Shown here one piece after another: positions 35,687 to 45,252 of a DNA stretch of 64,000 nt (position 1 is its first letter; the number at the start of each line of letters is the position of its first letter). The translations under genes were made by a program, and so were the position numbers. The stretch comes from a virus: positions 1 through 64,000 of IMG/VR virus record IMGVR_UViG_3300020057_000496. One strand, 5' to 3'. The notes beneath the pieces are model-generated. The model made no database searches. It worked only from the letters and a program-made list of their open reading frames with translations, and was not told the origin of the DNA.

Positions 35687-37143
35687 TCATTCCACCAGAA
35701 TTCAAGATAGACATCTACAAGGCCGGACATCTTTTTCAGATGCCTCCGGGGACAACTGAGGTTTATTCGAACTTCACCCCGCGCGCATCGCGCTTGCCTG
35801 GCGTTGATAAGGTTGTCGTCTGGGGCCTGCAGCCGTTCTTTGTGCGCGACCTAATCGACGCCTGGGACGACGAGTTCTTCGGCAAGCCCCTCGATAAGAT
35901 CCTGGCTCGCTACCAGGCCCGCATGGACCGCATGATTGGTCCGGGTACGATCACCGTAGGCCACATCGCGGCACTACATAAGCTGGGATATCTGCCGGTG
36001 CGGATCAAGGCACTGCCGGAAGGTTCGCTTTGTCCGATGCGTGTGCCGTTTATGACTTGGCGGAACACGCACCAGGACTTCGCGTGGGTTACGAACTACA
36101 TCGAGACTCACATGTCGTGCTCAATCTGGCACCCGATAACGTCGGCGACCACATGCTGGGAGTTTTATAAGGAATTCTACCGATCGGCGAAGCGGTCGGC
36201 CCCTGACAAGCTGGACTTCGCCTCAGTCCAGGGGCACGACTTCTCTATGCGCGGGCAAACTTCCCTGGAATCAGCAACGGCGGCTAGTGCTGCGCACCTC
36301 CTTTCGTTCATTGGTACCGACACGGTTCCGGCGCTGGACTACCTGGAAGAGCACTACGGCCCGGACGACAAGATTACCGGCGTAAGTGTGCGTGCGTCGG
36401 AGCACATGGTGATGCAGATGGGTGGTAAAGATACTGAGCTGGAGACGTACCGACGACTGATCTCTGACGTAGCGCCAAGTGGTATCATATCGATCGTTTC
36501 AGATACATGGGACTACTGGAACGTAATCGACAATATCCTCCCAGCACTCAAGGACGTTATCATGGCACGCGACGGGCGGGTCGTGGTCAGGCCAGATTCC
36601 GGCAGTCCCGTCAAGATACTTTGTGGAGACGAAGAGCAGTCGGCGGGGTCGTCGGCACACAAGGGCACTATCGAGGCTCTGTATGATTCGTTCGGTGGTT
36701 CACTAAATAACGTGAACTGCAAGGAGCTTGACCCACACATCGGAGTAATATACGGTGACAGCATTACTCGCGAGCGCCAGAAGGAGATCAACGAACGCCT
36801 CTGGCAGAAGCGTTTCGCATCAGTCAACTGGGTCGCCGGTGTCGGTTCGTTTGCATTACAGCATGTCACTCGTGACACATTCGGCTTCGCTATCAAGACC
36901 ACGCACGGAGTTATCGACGGCGTTCCGGTAGATCTCTTCAAGGACCCCAAGACAGACGACGGAACTAAGCGTTCAGCACGCGGGTACCTGCGCGTGAACG
37001 AAGACTACACACTGAAGGAGTGCTGCACTCCGGAAGAAGAGGAAGGGGGGCTACTGGAAGTAGTGTTCGAAAATTCGATGCTAGTTCGGAAGCACAGTTT
37101 CAGTGAGGTCAGAGAGAGACTTCACTCGAACCTCGAAAAGTAA
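35680..37143 (+). CDS. Nicotinamide phosphoribosyltransferase-like protein (NAMPT/Namat-like)
   Basis: 'D.YK.GH', 'HDFSMRG', 'GTDT', 'ASEH', 'SIVSDTWD', 'VRPDSG', 'IYGDSIT', 'RDTFGFAIK' and 'KDPKTDDG.K.SA.G'. Confidence 0.93.
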   Translation: MLVIPPEFKIDIYKAGHLFQMPPGTTEVYSNFTPRASRLPGVDKVVVWGLQPFFVRDLIDAWDDEFFGKPLDKILARYQARMDRMIGPGTITVGHIAALHKLGYLPVRIKALPEGSLCPMRVPFMTWRNTHQDFAWVTNYIETHMSCSIWHPITSATTCWEFYKEFYRSAKRSAPDKLDFASVQGHDFSMRGQTSLESATAASAAHLLSFIGTDTVPALDYLEEHYGPDDKITGVSVRASEHMVMQMGGKDTELETYRRLISDVAPSGIISIVSDTWDYWNVIDNILPALKDVIMARDGRVVVRPDSGSPVKILCGDEEQSAGSSAHKGTIEALYDSFGGSLNNVNCKELDPHIGVIYGDSITRERQKEINERLWQKRFASVNWVAGVGSFALQHVTRDTFGFAIKTTHGVIDGVPVDLFKDPKTDDGTKRSARGYLRVNEDYTLKECCTPEEEEGGLLEVVFENSMLVRKHSFSEVRERLHSNLEK

Positions 37144-37414
37144 GAAGGAGATACGCCATGGCCGACGATCGCGCTATTAGAGATCTCGTCATCCCGCCGT
37201 CTTCGTATGTCTATATCCAGGACAAGCAGACTGGGCAGATCAATACCATCGCAAGCTAGTACGAATACGGGGTCCCCGATCCAACGAAAGGGACCCCGTA
37301 TTTGTTCGAATGGAGAAAAAGTGCCTAGTGGCCGGATGTTCTTGTTGAACGCATTGCGGGTGACTGCTGCGTTTGCGTGTCCGTACGTGTATTTAAAACT
37401 AGAGCGAGCTTGAG

Positions 37415-37633
37415 GTGGAGGTCGCTACGCTACGGATGTTACGCGAGAAGCTAGGGCTGAATCAGGCGTCGCTAGCGGCCAAGCTCGGCAAGAGTCAGGG
37501 ACAGGTATCCCGGACGGAGGCAAACGACGACCCGCGCATTTCGACGATCAAAGAATACGTGGAGGCATTAGGTGGCAAACTCGAAGTTACGGTCAGGTGT
37601 GGTACGACAGAAATCAAGCTCGCGTTCGATTAG
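37415..37633 (+). CDS. XRE-family HTH protein
   Basis: 'LRMLREKLGLNQASLAAKLGKSQGQVSRTE...ISTIKEYVEALGG'. Confidence 0.85.
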   Translation: MEVATLRMLREKLGLNQASLAAKLGKSQGQVSRTEANDDPRISTIKEYVEALGGKLEVTVRCGTTEIKLAFD

Positions 37634-37644
37634 TACGGGCTTAT

Positions 37645-39222
37645 ATGTCAGTTGATTTCGTAACCTCAGACGTTCACTTTCTACATGCGAACATCATCAA
37701 GTACTGTAACCGGCCGTTCAGTAGTGTCGAAGAACAAACTGAGTACTTGATAGAGAACTGGAATAGAGTAGTCGGCAAAGACCACGTCGTCATGAATCTC
37801 GGCGACTTCATTTGGACCAAGGACCCCGACGCTTGGGTAGGAATCGTCAACCGACTGAACGGCAAGCAGCAGATCGTCGTCGGAAACCACGACCACTTGC
37901 TTACCGAAAAGGACGGCACGCCAAAGAACTACGCCGACCTGGCGCCACAGATCCAGGAATTGATCAAAACCGGGAAGATCATTTCAATCAAGTCGATGTG
38001 TGAGATCAAACTCGCCGGACGCTGGTTTCACTACGTACACTTCCCGTTGGGGGCCTGGCATCGGTCGCTCTACGGAAGTGCGATGATCCACGGACACTGC
38101 GTTGATGAAGAAACAGAGATCATGACAACGAGCGGATGGAGGGGTATTCGTAATATTGCAATTGGTGACGGAATATATTCATTCGATCCAAGTAGGTGCG
38201 AATTTGTACTAGATACTATCAGTCAGATTGTGAAACAAAACTACCATGGTGACGTGTATGAATTAGACACTAGGAACATATCGTTTCGCGTTACTAGTGA
38301 GCATACCATGGTACATTTTAGTCGGGGTGGTAAGTTTTTGGAATCCCCAGCTAGTGTGCTGCTAAAGCAAAATACCATGAGGCTACTTAAGGCTGGAGTG
38401 CGTAGCGGAACTCGACTGAATTTATCCGACGATCTACTTGCCCTACTTATTCTTATTGCTGCCGATGGTTCAATTAAAACAGAAACGCAACTTGCACGGA
38501 TCAAGGTTAAGCGCCCACATAAGATTGCTTATATTAAGCAGGTTTTATGTAACTTACAATTGCAATATAGTAAATACAAGCAAAAGGATGCCTCTTGGTC
38601 GTTTAATTTTTATATTCCACCAGAGCTGTTGTCATTTACTATAAAGGGACTAGATAGAAAATTAATGAGTTGTAGCCCCGATCAATTTAAGGTCATACTA
38701 GGGGCCTATGCAAATTCGGATGGTTCAGTAAATGGTAATGGCGTTATTATCTATTCCGCAAAAGAAGCAGAGATAGACCTTCTCCAGGAACTTGCTGTAA
38801 TCTCTGGTTTTAGCGCAACTAAATTCACAAGGAGACATGGGTTCTCTGGTGGATTACGACATCAATTATCAGTTTATCCTAATGCAATAAGTCGCGTGCA
38901 GTCGATTCGTAGTAAACTCAAGGTCGAAAGAGTATATGGAGAGTTATTTTGGTGTATAAAATGTAAGAATCAGAATTTCATAATGCGTCGCAATGGCAAG
39001 GTTCATCTTACTGGTAATTCGCATGGTAAGTATCGGCTTTCTTGGCCACAGTCGGTTACTGACGGCAAGGCAATGGATGCCGGGGTTGACAGTCGTTCGA
39101 TCGCAACCAATACCCTTGACGACAAGGGACTATATCGCCCATTCTGCATGCGGACGGAAGTGGCCCCACTAATTGCCAGTATCAAGTCCCGCAACCAGAA
39201 CGACTTCAACGGCGACGCGTAA
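37645..39222 (+). CDS. Metallophosphoesterase containing an intein
   Basis: SDVHF.H.NII.YC.RPF, LGDF, GNHD, HFP and HGH|SHG. Confidence 0.9.
   Translation: MSVDFVTSDVHFLHANIIKYCNRPFSSVEEQTEYLIENWNRVVGKDHVVMNLGDFIWTKDPDAWVGIVNRLNGKQQIVVGNHDHLLTEKDGTPKNYADLAPQIQELIKTGKIISIKSMCEIKLAGRWFHYVHFPLGAWHRSLYGSAMIHGHCVDEETEIMTTSGWRGIRNIAIGDGIYSFDPSRCEFVLDTISQIVKQNYHGDVYELDTRNISFRVTSEHTMVHFSRGGKFLESPASVLLKQNTMRLLKAGVRSGTRLNLSDDLLALLILIAADGSIKTETQLARIKVKRPHKIAYIKQVLCNLQLQYSKYKQKDASWSFNFYIPPELLSFTIKGLDRKLMSCSPDQFKVILGAYANSDGSVNGNGVIIYSAKEAEIDLLQELAVISGFSATKFTRRHGFSGGLRHQLSVYPNAISRVQSIRSKLKVERVYGELFWCIKCKNQNFIMRRNGKVHLTGNSHGKYRLSWPQSVTDGKAMDAGVDSRSIATNTLDDKGLYRPFCMRTEVAPLIASIKSRNQNDFNGDA
38098..39018 (+). 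mobile_element. Intein with LAGLIDADG-like endonuclease (307 aa), AT-rich
   Basis: Begins CVDEETEI.T..GW; 'VTSEH'; 'LIAADGS' and 'ANSDGS'; ends 'TGN' followed by Ser. Confidence 0.88.
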
Positions 39223-39552
39223 TTGGCGAGTGAAGTAGTGGTAAAGGACAAGAAAGAACACGACCGGCGTAAGCTTACGAAGGAAGAAGGCGCAGCGATT
39301 TATCGGTGGCTGACGGAACGCTGGGGCCTTAGCCCGAAAGCGGGTTCGCAATTCCTGGACGAGGTGCGAGACAAACTTCCGTATCGGACAGTCGGGGAGG
39401 CATTCATGGAAGTCTGGACCTTCGCCAGGCGAGAGTACATGCTTCAGTTACTTGTCCACGTCAAGTCTGACAAGTACGATGAGCGACAGAAGGAATTGTT
39501 CATGTTCAAGACTGGTGGCTTGGATAAAGAAGATAGTTAGCCCGCTAAAATT

Positions 39553-40071
39553 GTGATCCACGTCTTTAAGCACCCCTGGTCGCTTGACTACACGCAGCTA
39601 CTCAATAGCTACGAGCTTGCCGTTAAGTACACCAGTGAGAATCACTACGTCTTCTACATAAGAATACGTGAGGGTCGCATACGCTCCTCGGATGGGCTAT
39701 CAAGGCCACTAACGGAGTACAGACTGACGCAACCCTCAAGGCTAAGCGCCGTTATGCGTGGCTGTCGCATGAGTAGCTTCAAGCCCGAATTACTAGTAAC
39801 GGAAGGCGAAGGCACGACTTGTGCCTGGATAAAGAAACTGACCGAGCTATCTCAAATGATTAGAATTTGCACCGCTGATTTTCAGAAGGGGCCTAGTCTC
39901 GTAGTTCAGTACCACAATAACGATGTCCATACTTGGAATTCGACTGCATTCAGGCTCGTGATAATAACGGACCGTCCGATCAAGAGAGCTGAAGTGTTGA
40001 GTCAGGTACTCACTGAGCATAATCTAATTTGCCTTACTTCAGGACTGGCTGGTGTCATTGCTTTAGGTTAG
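39553..40071 (+). CDS. Hypothetical protein
   Basis: ORF; C-terminus resembles those of the 32776 and 34071 ORFs. Confidence 0.45.
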   Translation: MIHVFKHPWSLDYTQLLNSYELAVKYTSENHYVFYIRIREGRIRSSDGLSRPLTEYRLTQPSRLSAVMRGCRMSSFKPELLVTEGEGTTCAWIKKLTELSQMIRICTADFQKGPSLVVQYHNNDVHTWNSTAFRLVIITDRPIKRAEVLSQVLTEHNLICLTSGLAGVIALG

Positions 40072-40404
40072 TCGTTACAGAGCGCATTAGCACTGCGTAC
40101 CGCACGGGCCTTCCGAACATTCTCGCGGCATGACTGTAGCTTTTTGATTGAGCGTGCCACTCCACCTGACGCGCCGCCCTTTAGTCCGTTGCAACTCGGG
40201 CAATGTAGCTTAGTTCCGGGGTGAATGTCGCAGTCGTAGTGGTTGACTTGTAGTTCCAAGAGGTTCTCGATCGCATTGTCTATTTCTTTTTTCATCGAAC
40301 ATATTATAGCACGACCCCAGATGGATAAACGACCCCTTGACCGACTGTTGAATCAGTGATAGGTTCGCCGCAGGCGGCGACCGCAACTTGCGAGGTAGGT
40401 GAGG

Positions 40405-40851
40405 ATGAAAGCAAAAAGGCTCCTGAAGCTGGCCGACTTCCTTGAAAAGCTCCCCGAGAAGAAACGTAAGGGGAAGTTCGACATGGACACCTTCGGGAAA
40501 CATGTCGGCCCACACCACCCCAAGAAGTACAACTACTGCGGCACGTCGGCATGTGCTCTTGGTTGGGCAACAACAAGCCCTTACTTCCGCCGACTTGGGC
40601 TAAAGGCCGGCTGGCGCAAAATGGGTCGGAAGGGAAGTCCAGGATATCGCTGGAGAATGGACATGAGTTACCGTAAGCTCCACGAATTCGCCGCAGCCGG
40701 GAGGTTGTTCGACATCCCAGAAATGGAAGCTTACTTCCTGTTCGGAGGTGGGGAACTAACGAGTAGGCGGAAAGTAATTCGGAGTCTGCGAAAACTAGCC
40801 AGGCTAGGAGTTACTAAGTTTAGGTTGGCACACGGGGCTAGCTATCAATGA
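40405..40851 (+). CDS. Hypothetical phage protein ('CGT.AC..GWA' family)
   Basis: 'FDM..F...CGTSACALGWA'; upstream TTGACC-N17-TAGGTT promoter at about 40337. Confidence 0.6.
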   Translation: MKAKRLLKLADFLEKLPEKKRKGKFDMDTFGKHVGPHHPKKYNYCGTSACALGWATTSPYFRRLGLKAGWRKMGRKGSPGYRWRMDMSYRKLHEFAAAGRLFDIPEMEAYFLFGGGELTSRRKVIRSLRKLARLGVTKFRLAHGASYQ

Positions 40852-42030
40852 ACGGATGAAAAATCCATACTGGTTCGTAAGGAAATATGCGAAGTACGCG
40901 TTGCAGTCACTGCAACTCGCAGGCAGCTTGGTTGAGTTCTGTAAGAAGTGTGGTCGGAAACAACCGTTGGTCTGGACTGCTCCAAATAATCTATGGCTTG
41001 AGATTAACGGGAAATCTGGCGGGGTACTTTGCCCCGAATGCTTCCAATCTTGCTGTGACGCACGCGGAATCCCTGTTTGCTGGGAACCAAAAGTTAGAAC
41101 CAGGGCACGCGGAAGTCAGCCAGGAAGGTAGGGTAAATTCGAATATGCCCGGTGTGTATTCCTATGCCGCGTGCCTCGCCCGTATTTGGTGCGTGCGTAG
41201 AGTACGTTACCTGTCGCCGTTGTCTCGCAATAAGAAGTCAACAGAGTCAGCGGACTGAAGGGAGATAGTCCATGGATGCGTTACCACCGAATCCACCGGC
41301 CGTAGTCAGTGCGGTATGCCCAGAACTACAGGTGCGGTCAGTTGAACTAGGGAAGCGCTTCTTTATTGTCGAGTACTGTGTTTACCGAGGGTCGGGATTT
41401 TACGCCCCGGCTACCGTAGACAGCCAACCTCACTACCCGGCACAGGCAACTGTCTATGAACTCAAGGGGGGTGTCCGGGTACGGCTCGGTCGTACATTCC
41501 CGGCTTCATGGATAGACCGAGGCTGCTTCGAAGACGATCCGGCGACACTCGTGTCTGAGGCGACAAGGAACTTCGGGAAGAAGTCCGGGAAGGTTCGAAA
41601 GAAGTAATTAGGGAGTGTGACGTAACGCAGTTTCGCTGGTCCTTTAAGCCAGAGTCGGCCAGATTAGCCGCGTCCAACTTGGTCCCATAGTTTAACAGGT
41701 TAAAACGGGCTCCTTATAAGAGCTTGACGTACGTTCAAGTCGTACTGGGACCACCTACCTATTAACGAAGGACTTAACTGTGGCGATTTCTAAACGTAGA
41801 CTTGGTTGTAAGTGCACCTGCCATACCAATAATTGGCGGCTGTCGGGGTACAGGAGCCATGCTGACTGCTTGAACTGTACGAGCTTCCTGCGCTTCGAAC
41901 CTAAAGTGCGGAAATTCCTTGAGCGAACCTTCAAGCCGAGCGTCGCCCCGATCCTTGGTCGCTCAACACTCCCGACCTTCAAACGGTCCCGAACGGTCCC
42001 GAACTCCTGCGCTTAGCCACGCATTCCTCC

Positions 42031-42059
42031 TTGCTGGAGGTTCGAAAAGGTGATAGCAT
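42031..42059 (+). promoter_or_regulatory. Sigma70-like extended -10 promoter
   Basis: TTGCTG-N17-TAGCAT with TG at -15/-14. Confidence 0.45.
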
Positions 42060-42064
42060 GAGAC

Positions 42065-42191
42065 GTTCCGTGGGACTGCGGCTCGGTCAACGAGCCGGGT
42101 CTCCTGGATCGATCGGGAGGTCGCTGCGTCCGTAATTATGCTGGCGTGGTACGGCCGGGCTGCTCACTCGCACGCCCGGTCGTCTCCTTTT
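42065..42191 (+). ncRNA. Candidate small structured RNA
   Basis: Follows the promoter. Hairpins cggctcg/cgagccg and ctcctg/cgggag; terminal acggccgggc/gcccggtcgt stem followed by ctcctttt; no ORF. Confidence 0.4.
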
Positions 42192-42219
42192 CTGGACTAT
42201 AACTGAATCGGGGTGTGGT

Positions 42220-42456
42220 GTGGGCGCAATTTTAGTCGCTTCGTGTCTCTGTCAGAATGCGTACCAGGACGGCCTTTATGGTCGCGGGAAGCGGCTGTTC
42301 AATCTCAAGTTCGACAAGGCCAAGGGGTCACTGTGTACCGTCTGCGGCAAGTCCGGGCCAGGCGTGGCCGTCCGTGAGGTTGCCACGAAAATCAAGCAGG
42401 CGAAGAAGGAAGAGCCGAAGGACAAGTCCGGTAAGAAGGGCAAGAAGGCAAAGTAA
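42220..42456 (+). CDS. Small basic zinc-finger-like protein
   Basis: 'C.C....QD.LYG.G.R..N......CTVCG' with a Lys-rich tail. Confidence 0.6.
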   Translation: MGAILVASCLCQNAYQDGLYGRGKRLFNLKFDKAKGSLCTVCGKSGPGVAVREVATKIKQAKKEEPKDKSGKKGKKAK

Positions 42457-42531
42457 GCCAGTTCCTTCGTCGTCAATGCTCTATACTTTTTCCTTTTACT
42501 TCAACGACGAGTCCAGGCGGGCTATTCGTTC

Positions 42532-42835
42532 AAGTCGGAACTAGCCGGTGTTGAGCTGATCGAAGTCAACCCGGCGTACACGTCGCAACGCTGCTACTCC
42601 TGTGGCCACACGTGCGCATCGAATCGCGAGAACCAAGCGGAATTTCGTTGCGTGTCGTGCGGCCACGAAGCGAACGCGGACATCAACGCGGCGAAGAATA
42701 TCCTTGCGGCAGGACATGCCGTCAATGCGCGTGGAGGCACACGGGTGCCGTTGAAGCGCGAACCTACTCGGGAGGTACGCCGTGCCGCGTAACTTCCGAG
42801 GAATCCTCGTCCCTTCAGGGCGGGGAGGATGTCAA
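42532..42835 (+). pseudogene. tnpB: 3' fragment of a tnpB element with intact omega-RNA/right end
   Basis: First ~55 nt are identical to 27181-27236; similarity continues to GGATGTCAA. Confidence 0.85.
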
Positions 42836-43650
42836 AACGTAGCCAGGCTGGCTAGCCTAGGGACAGGACAGAGCGCGGCGACGCCGCTCGTCTTAGGGTG
42901 GGGGGACCTTACGTCCGGGTTCCCCCACCCCACCCCGGCCGTTGCCGGGCACCGACCAAGGCAGGCCCGAAAAGCCTACTGTTTCGGGCACGGTGCAAGT
43001 TACCACACTCTCTTGCATTTACAGGGACGCCAGAACCAAGATCTTACCCCTCCCGAGAGGGGGACCAGCCGCTTCCTGCCCGACTTCCACCCCACCGTCG
43101 GGTATCGTCGGTCCCGGACAGCGCAAAAAGCCTAGTGTTTACGGGTGCGAGCTTAGTTACCACACTCTCTTGCATTCCCCTCTTGCAAGGTAGTGTGGTA
43201 ACTTTGCTCTCCCCTTATTCTAGGGCTCAACCGACCAAAGCGGGGAGTCCGAGGAGTCGAACCTGAGGCACCCCAGCCGCTCGGTTAGCCCGGCAGTCAC
43301 AAGGTGCCATGGGACGGGGAGCCCGGTACCCCAGCCTTGAACTATACCGAGGTAGCCGGGGTGCGTGACGGTCTCTCTCCATCCCGGCCCCACGCGCAAA
43401 GGAACCCAGAAGATTCGCGTCATCGTTTTCTCCGTAACGCTTGGCTGTGTCTCGGTCTGATCACGGGGCCAGTTCTGGCATAACACGGGTCGGTATAAGC
43501 AAGGCCCCGCTTGCCTGATTTTACCAGCCGATGGTTATGCTGCCTTAACAGTGAAGCTACTTCGCGACGGCAATCTACACAGATGTTTCCATAGACCTGT
43601 CCCCGTCCGAACGGCGTCGTAAAGACAGGGGTCAGAGGTCCACGTATTTT

Positions 43651-43722
43651 CTAACGGGCCAGATGGACGTGCAGTTGATAGACGACGTGTCGCCCAGTGC
43701 GTAACTCTTGACTCTTCCGCAT
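43651..43722 (-). pseudogene. tnpA: Truncated IS200 tnpA (Y1 transposase) N-terminus, divergent from tnpB
   Basis: Translates MRKSQELRTGRHVVYQLHVHLAR*, matching the TnpA start 'RTGRHVVY.LHVHL'. Confidence 0.7.
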
Positions 43723-43745
43723 AGACCAAGTACCCTCGGCCTGTC

Positions 43746-44792
43746 GTGGTACTTACGTTTCGCTACCGTGTCAAGAAGCCCGGTGTGCTCCCCGCGAAAG
43801 CGCGCGCCGTCAACTTCGTCTGGAACTACTGCGGCGACGTGCAGAATCAGGCACGACGCTGGGCGCGACGCTGGCCCAGCGGCTTTGACCTCTGCAAGCT
43901 CGCCGCTGGATCGACGCGACTGCTCGAACTGCACTCCGACACCGTGCAGGACATCGCCAGGCACTTCGCTCGCTCGCGCGACACGAAGCGCCGTCGGCCA
44001 CGATGGCGCGCCTCGCAGGGGTCTAAGCGTGCGCTCGGCTGGGTTCCCTTCCAGTCCGCGCGTGCCATCCATCTCGACCAAAGCGGCGTGACCTACCTCG
44101 GGACTCGCTACCGACTCTGGATGCATCGCCCAGTCGAGGGCCGCGTGCTCTCTGGGTCGTTCAGTGAAGATGCGCGCGGTCGGTGGTACCTGAACCTGCA
44201 GTGCGAAGTCGAGCCCGCTGCCGCGCGCGCTGGCGAAAGTGTCGGCATCGACCTCGGGCTGAAGACGTTCGCCACGATGTCCAACGGCGAGACGATCGAG
44301 AACCCCCGACACTACCGTCGCGAGGAAGCCGCACTCGCCATCGCGCAGCGGGCTGGTCACAAGCAGCGAGCGAAGGCGATCAACGCCAAGATTTCCAATC
44401 GAAGGAAGCACGACCTGCATGTCGCCTCGCGGCGACTGGTCGATCGCTTCGCCACTATCGTTGTCGGCAACGTGAACGCCGCCAGTCTCGCCAGGACTCC
44501 GCTCGCAAAGAGCGTGCTCGACGCTGGCTGGTCGATGTTCCGTGGGATGCTCCGCTACAAAGCCAACAGGCACGGCGTGACCTACGTAGAGGCTGACGAG
44601 CGATTTTCGACGCAGACCTGTTCCGAGTGCGGAAGCCTCGGCGGCCCGAGAGGGCTGGAGGGTCTCGCAGTAAGGGAATGGGTGTGCGAGCACTGCGCTG
44701 CGGTCCACGACCGCGACGTCAATGCCGCTCGAAATATCCTGTTCTCGGGGCAGAACGTTGTCCTCCACTTGACGGAAAGCCCCAGCCTTTAG
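43746..44792 (+). CDS. tnpB: TnpB (IS605-group) with non-canonical RuvC-II
   Basis: 'AVNFVWN', GIDLG, 'IVVGNV', 'DERFSTQTCSEC', 'CEHC' and 'HDRDVNAARNI'; right-end hairpin ccccagcctttaggccgggg ending about 44809. Confidence 0.92.
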   Translation: MVLTFRYRVKKPGVLPAKARAVNFVWNYCGDVQNQARRWARRWPSGFDLCKLAAGSTRLLELHSDTVQDIARHFARSRDTKRRRPRWRASQGSKRALGWVPFQSARAIHLDQSGVTYLGTRYRLWMHRPVEGRVLSGSFSEDARGRWYLNLQCEVEPAAARAGESVGIDLGLKTFATMSNGETIENPRHYRREEAALAIAQRAGHKQRAKAINAKISNRRKHDLHVASRRLVDRFATIVVGNVNAASLARTPLAKSVLDAGWSMFRGMLRYKANRHGVTYVEADERFSTQTCSECGSLGGPRGLEGLAVREWVCEHCAAVHDRDVNAARNILFSGQNVVLHLTESPSL

Positions 44793-45252
44793 GCCGGGGA
44801 AGACGTTACCTGGGCATCCTTCGCGAAACATCTGCCGTTGCCTCAGGTAACAATGGCGGACTGAAACTCGTATCTAACTGGGTACTCAGCGCGCTTGCTG
44901 TGTCGCCGATATTAACGGCATAGTCCTTTATTAACTGACATAGGCAAGAATTCGAAGGCAGAGGCCAGCGATCGGCCAGCCAGCTAAGGATTTCGAAACG
45001 AATATCTAAACGGACATCACGCAGCCGTTTCATTCGTCAGGCCACGTTCGCTGGTCAGTATAATTACGCCAGAACGTACGCCGACAGTGATCGACGAGTT
45101 CGCCTAGTTCTTGACAGACGCACCCTTCCTGGATTAACTCCTGACCCCTGAGGAATTCGTTACAGTCCTCTCTTAAGAGAATGGTGATTTCCTTAGTTTT
45201 CTGCATAGTTTACCACTCGGACTCCATAGGCCCTTCATGTTTGAGCGAATAG

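Noticed and set aside
43632-44831. 399-aa minus-strand ORF and similar long antisense ORFs (e.g. 1770-2675, 29750-30418)
   Set aside because: Shadow frames of well-supported genes in GC-rich DNA.
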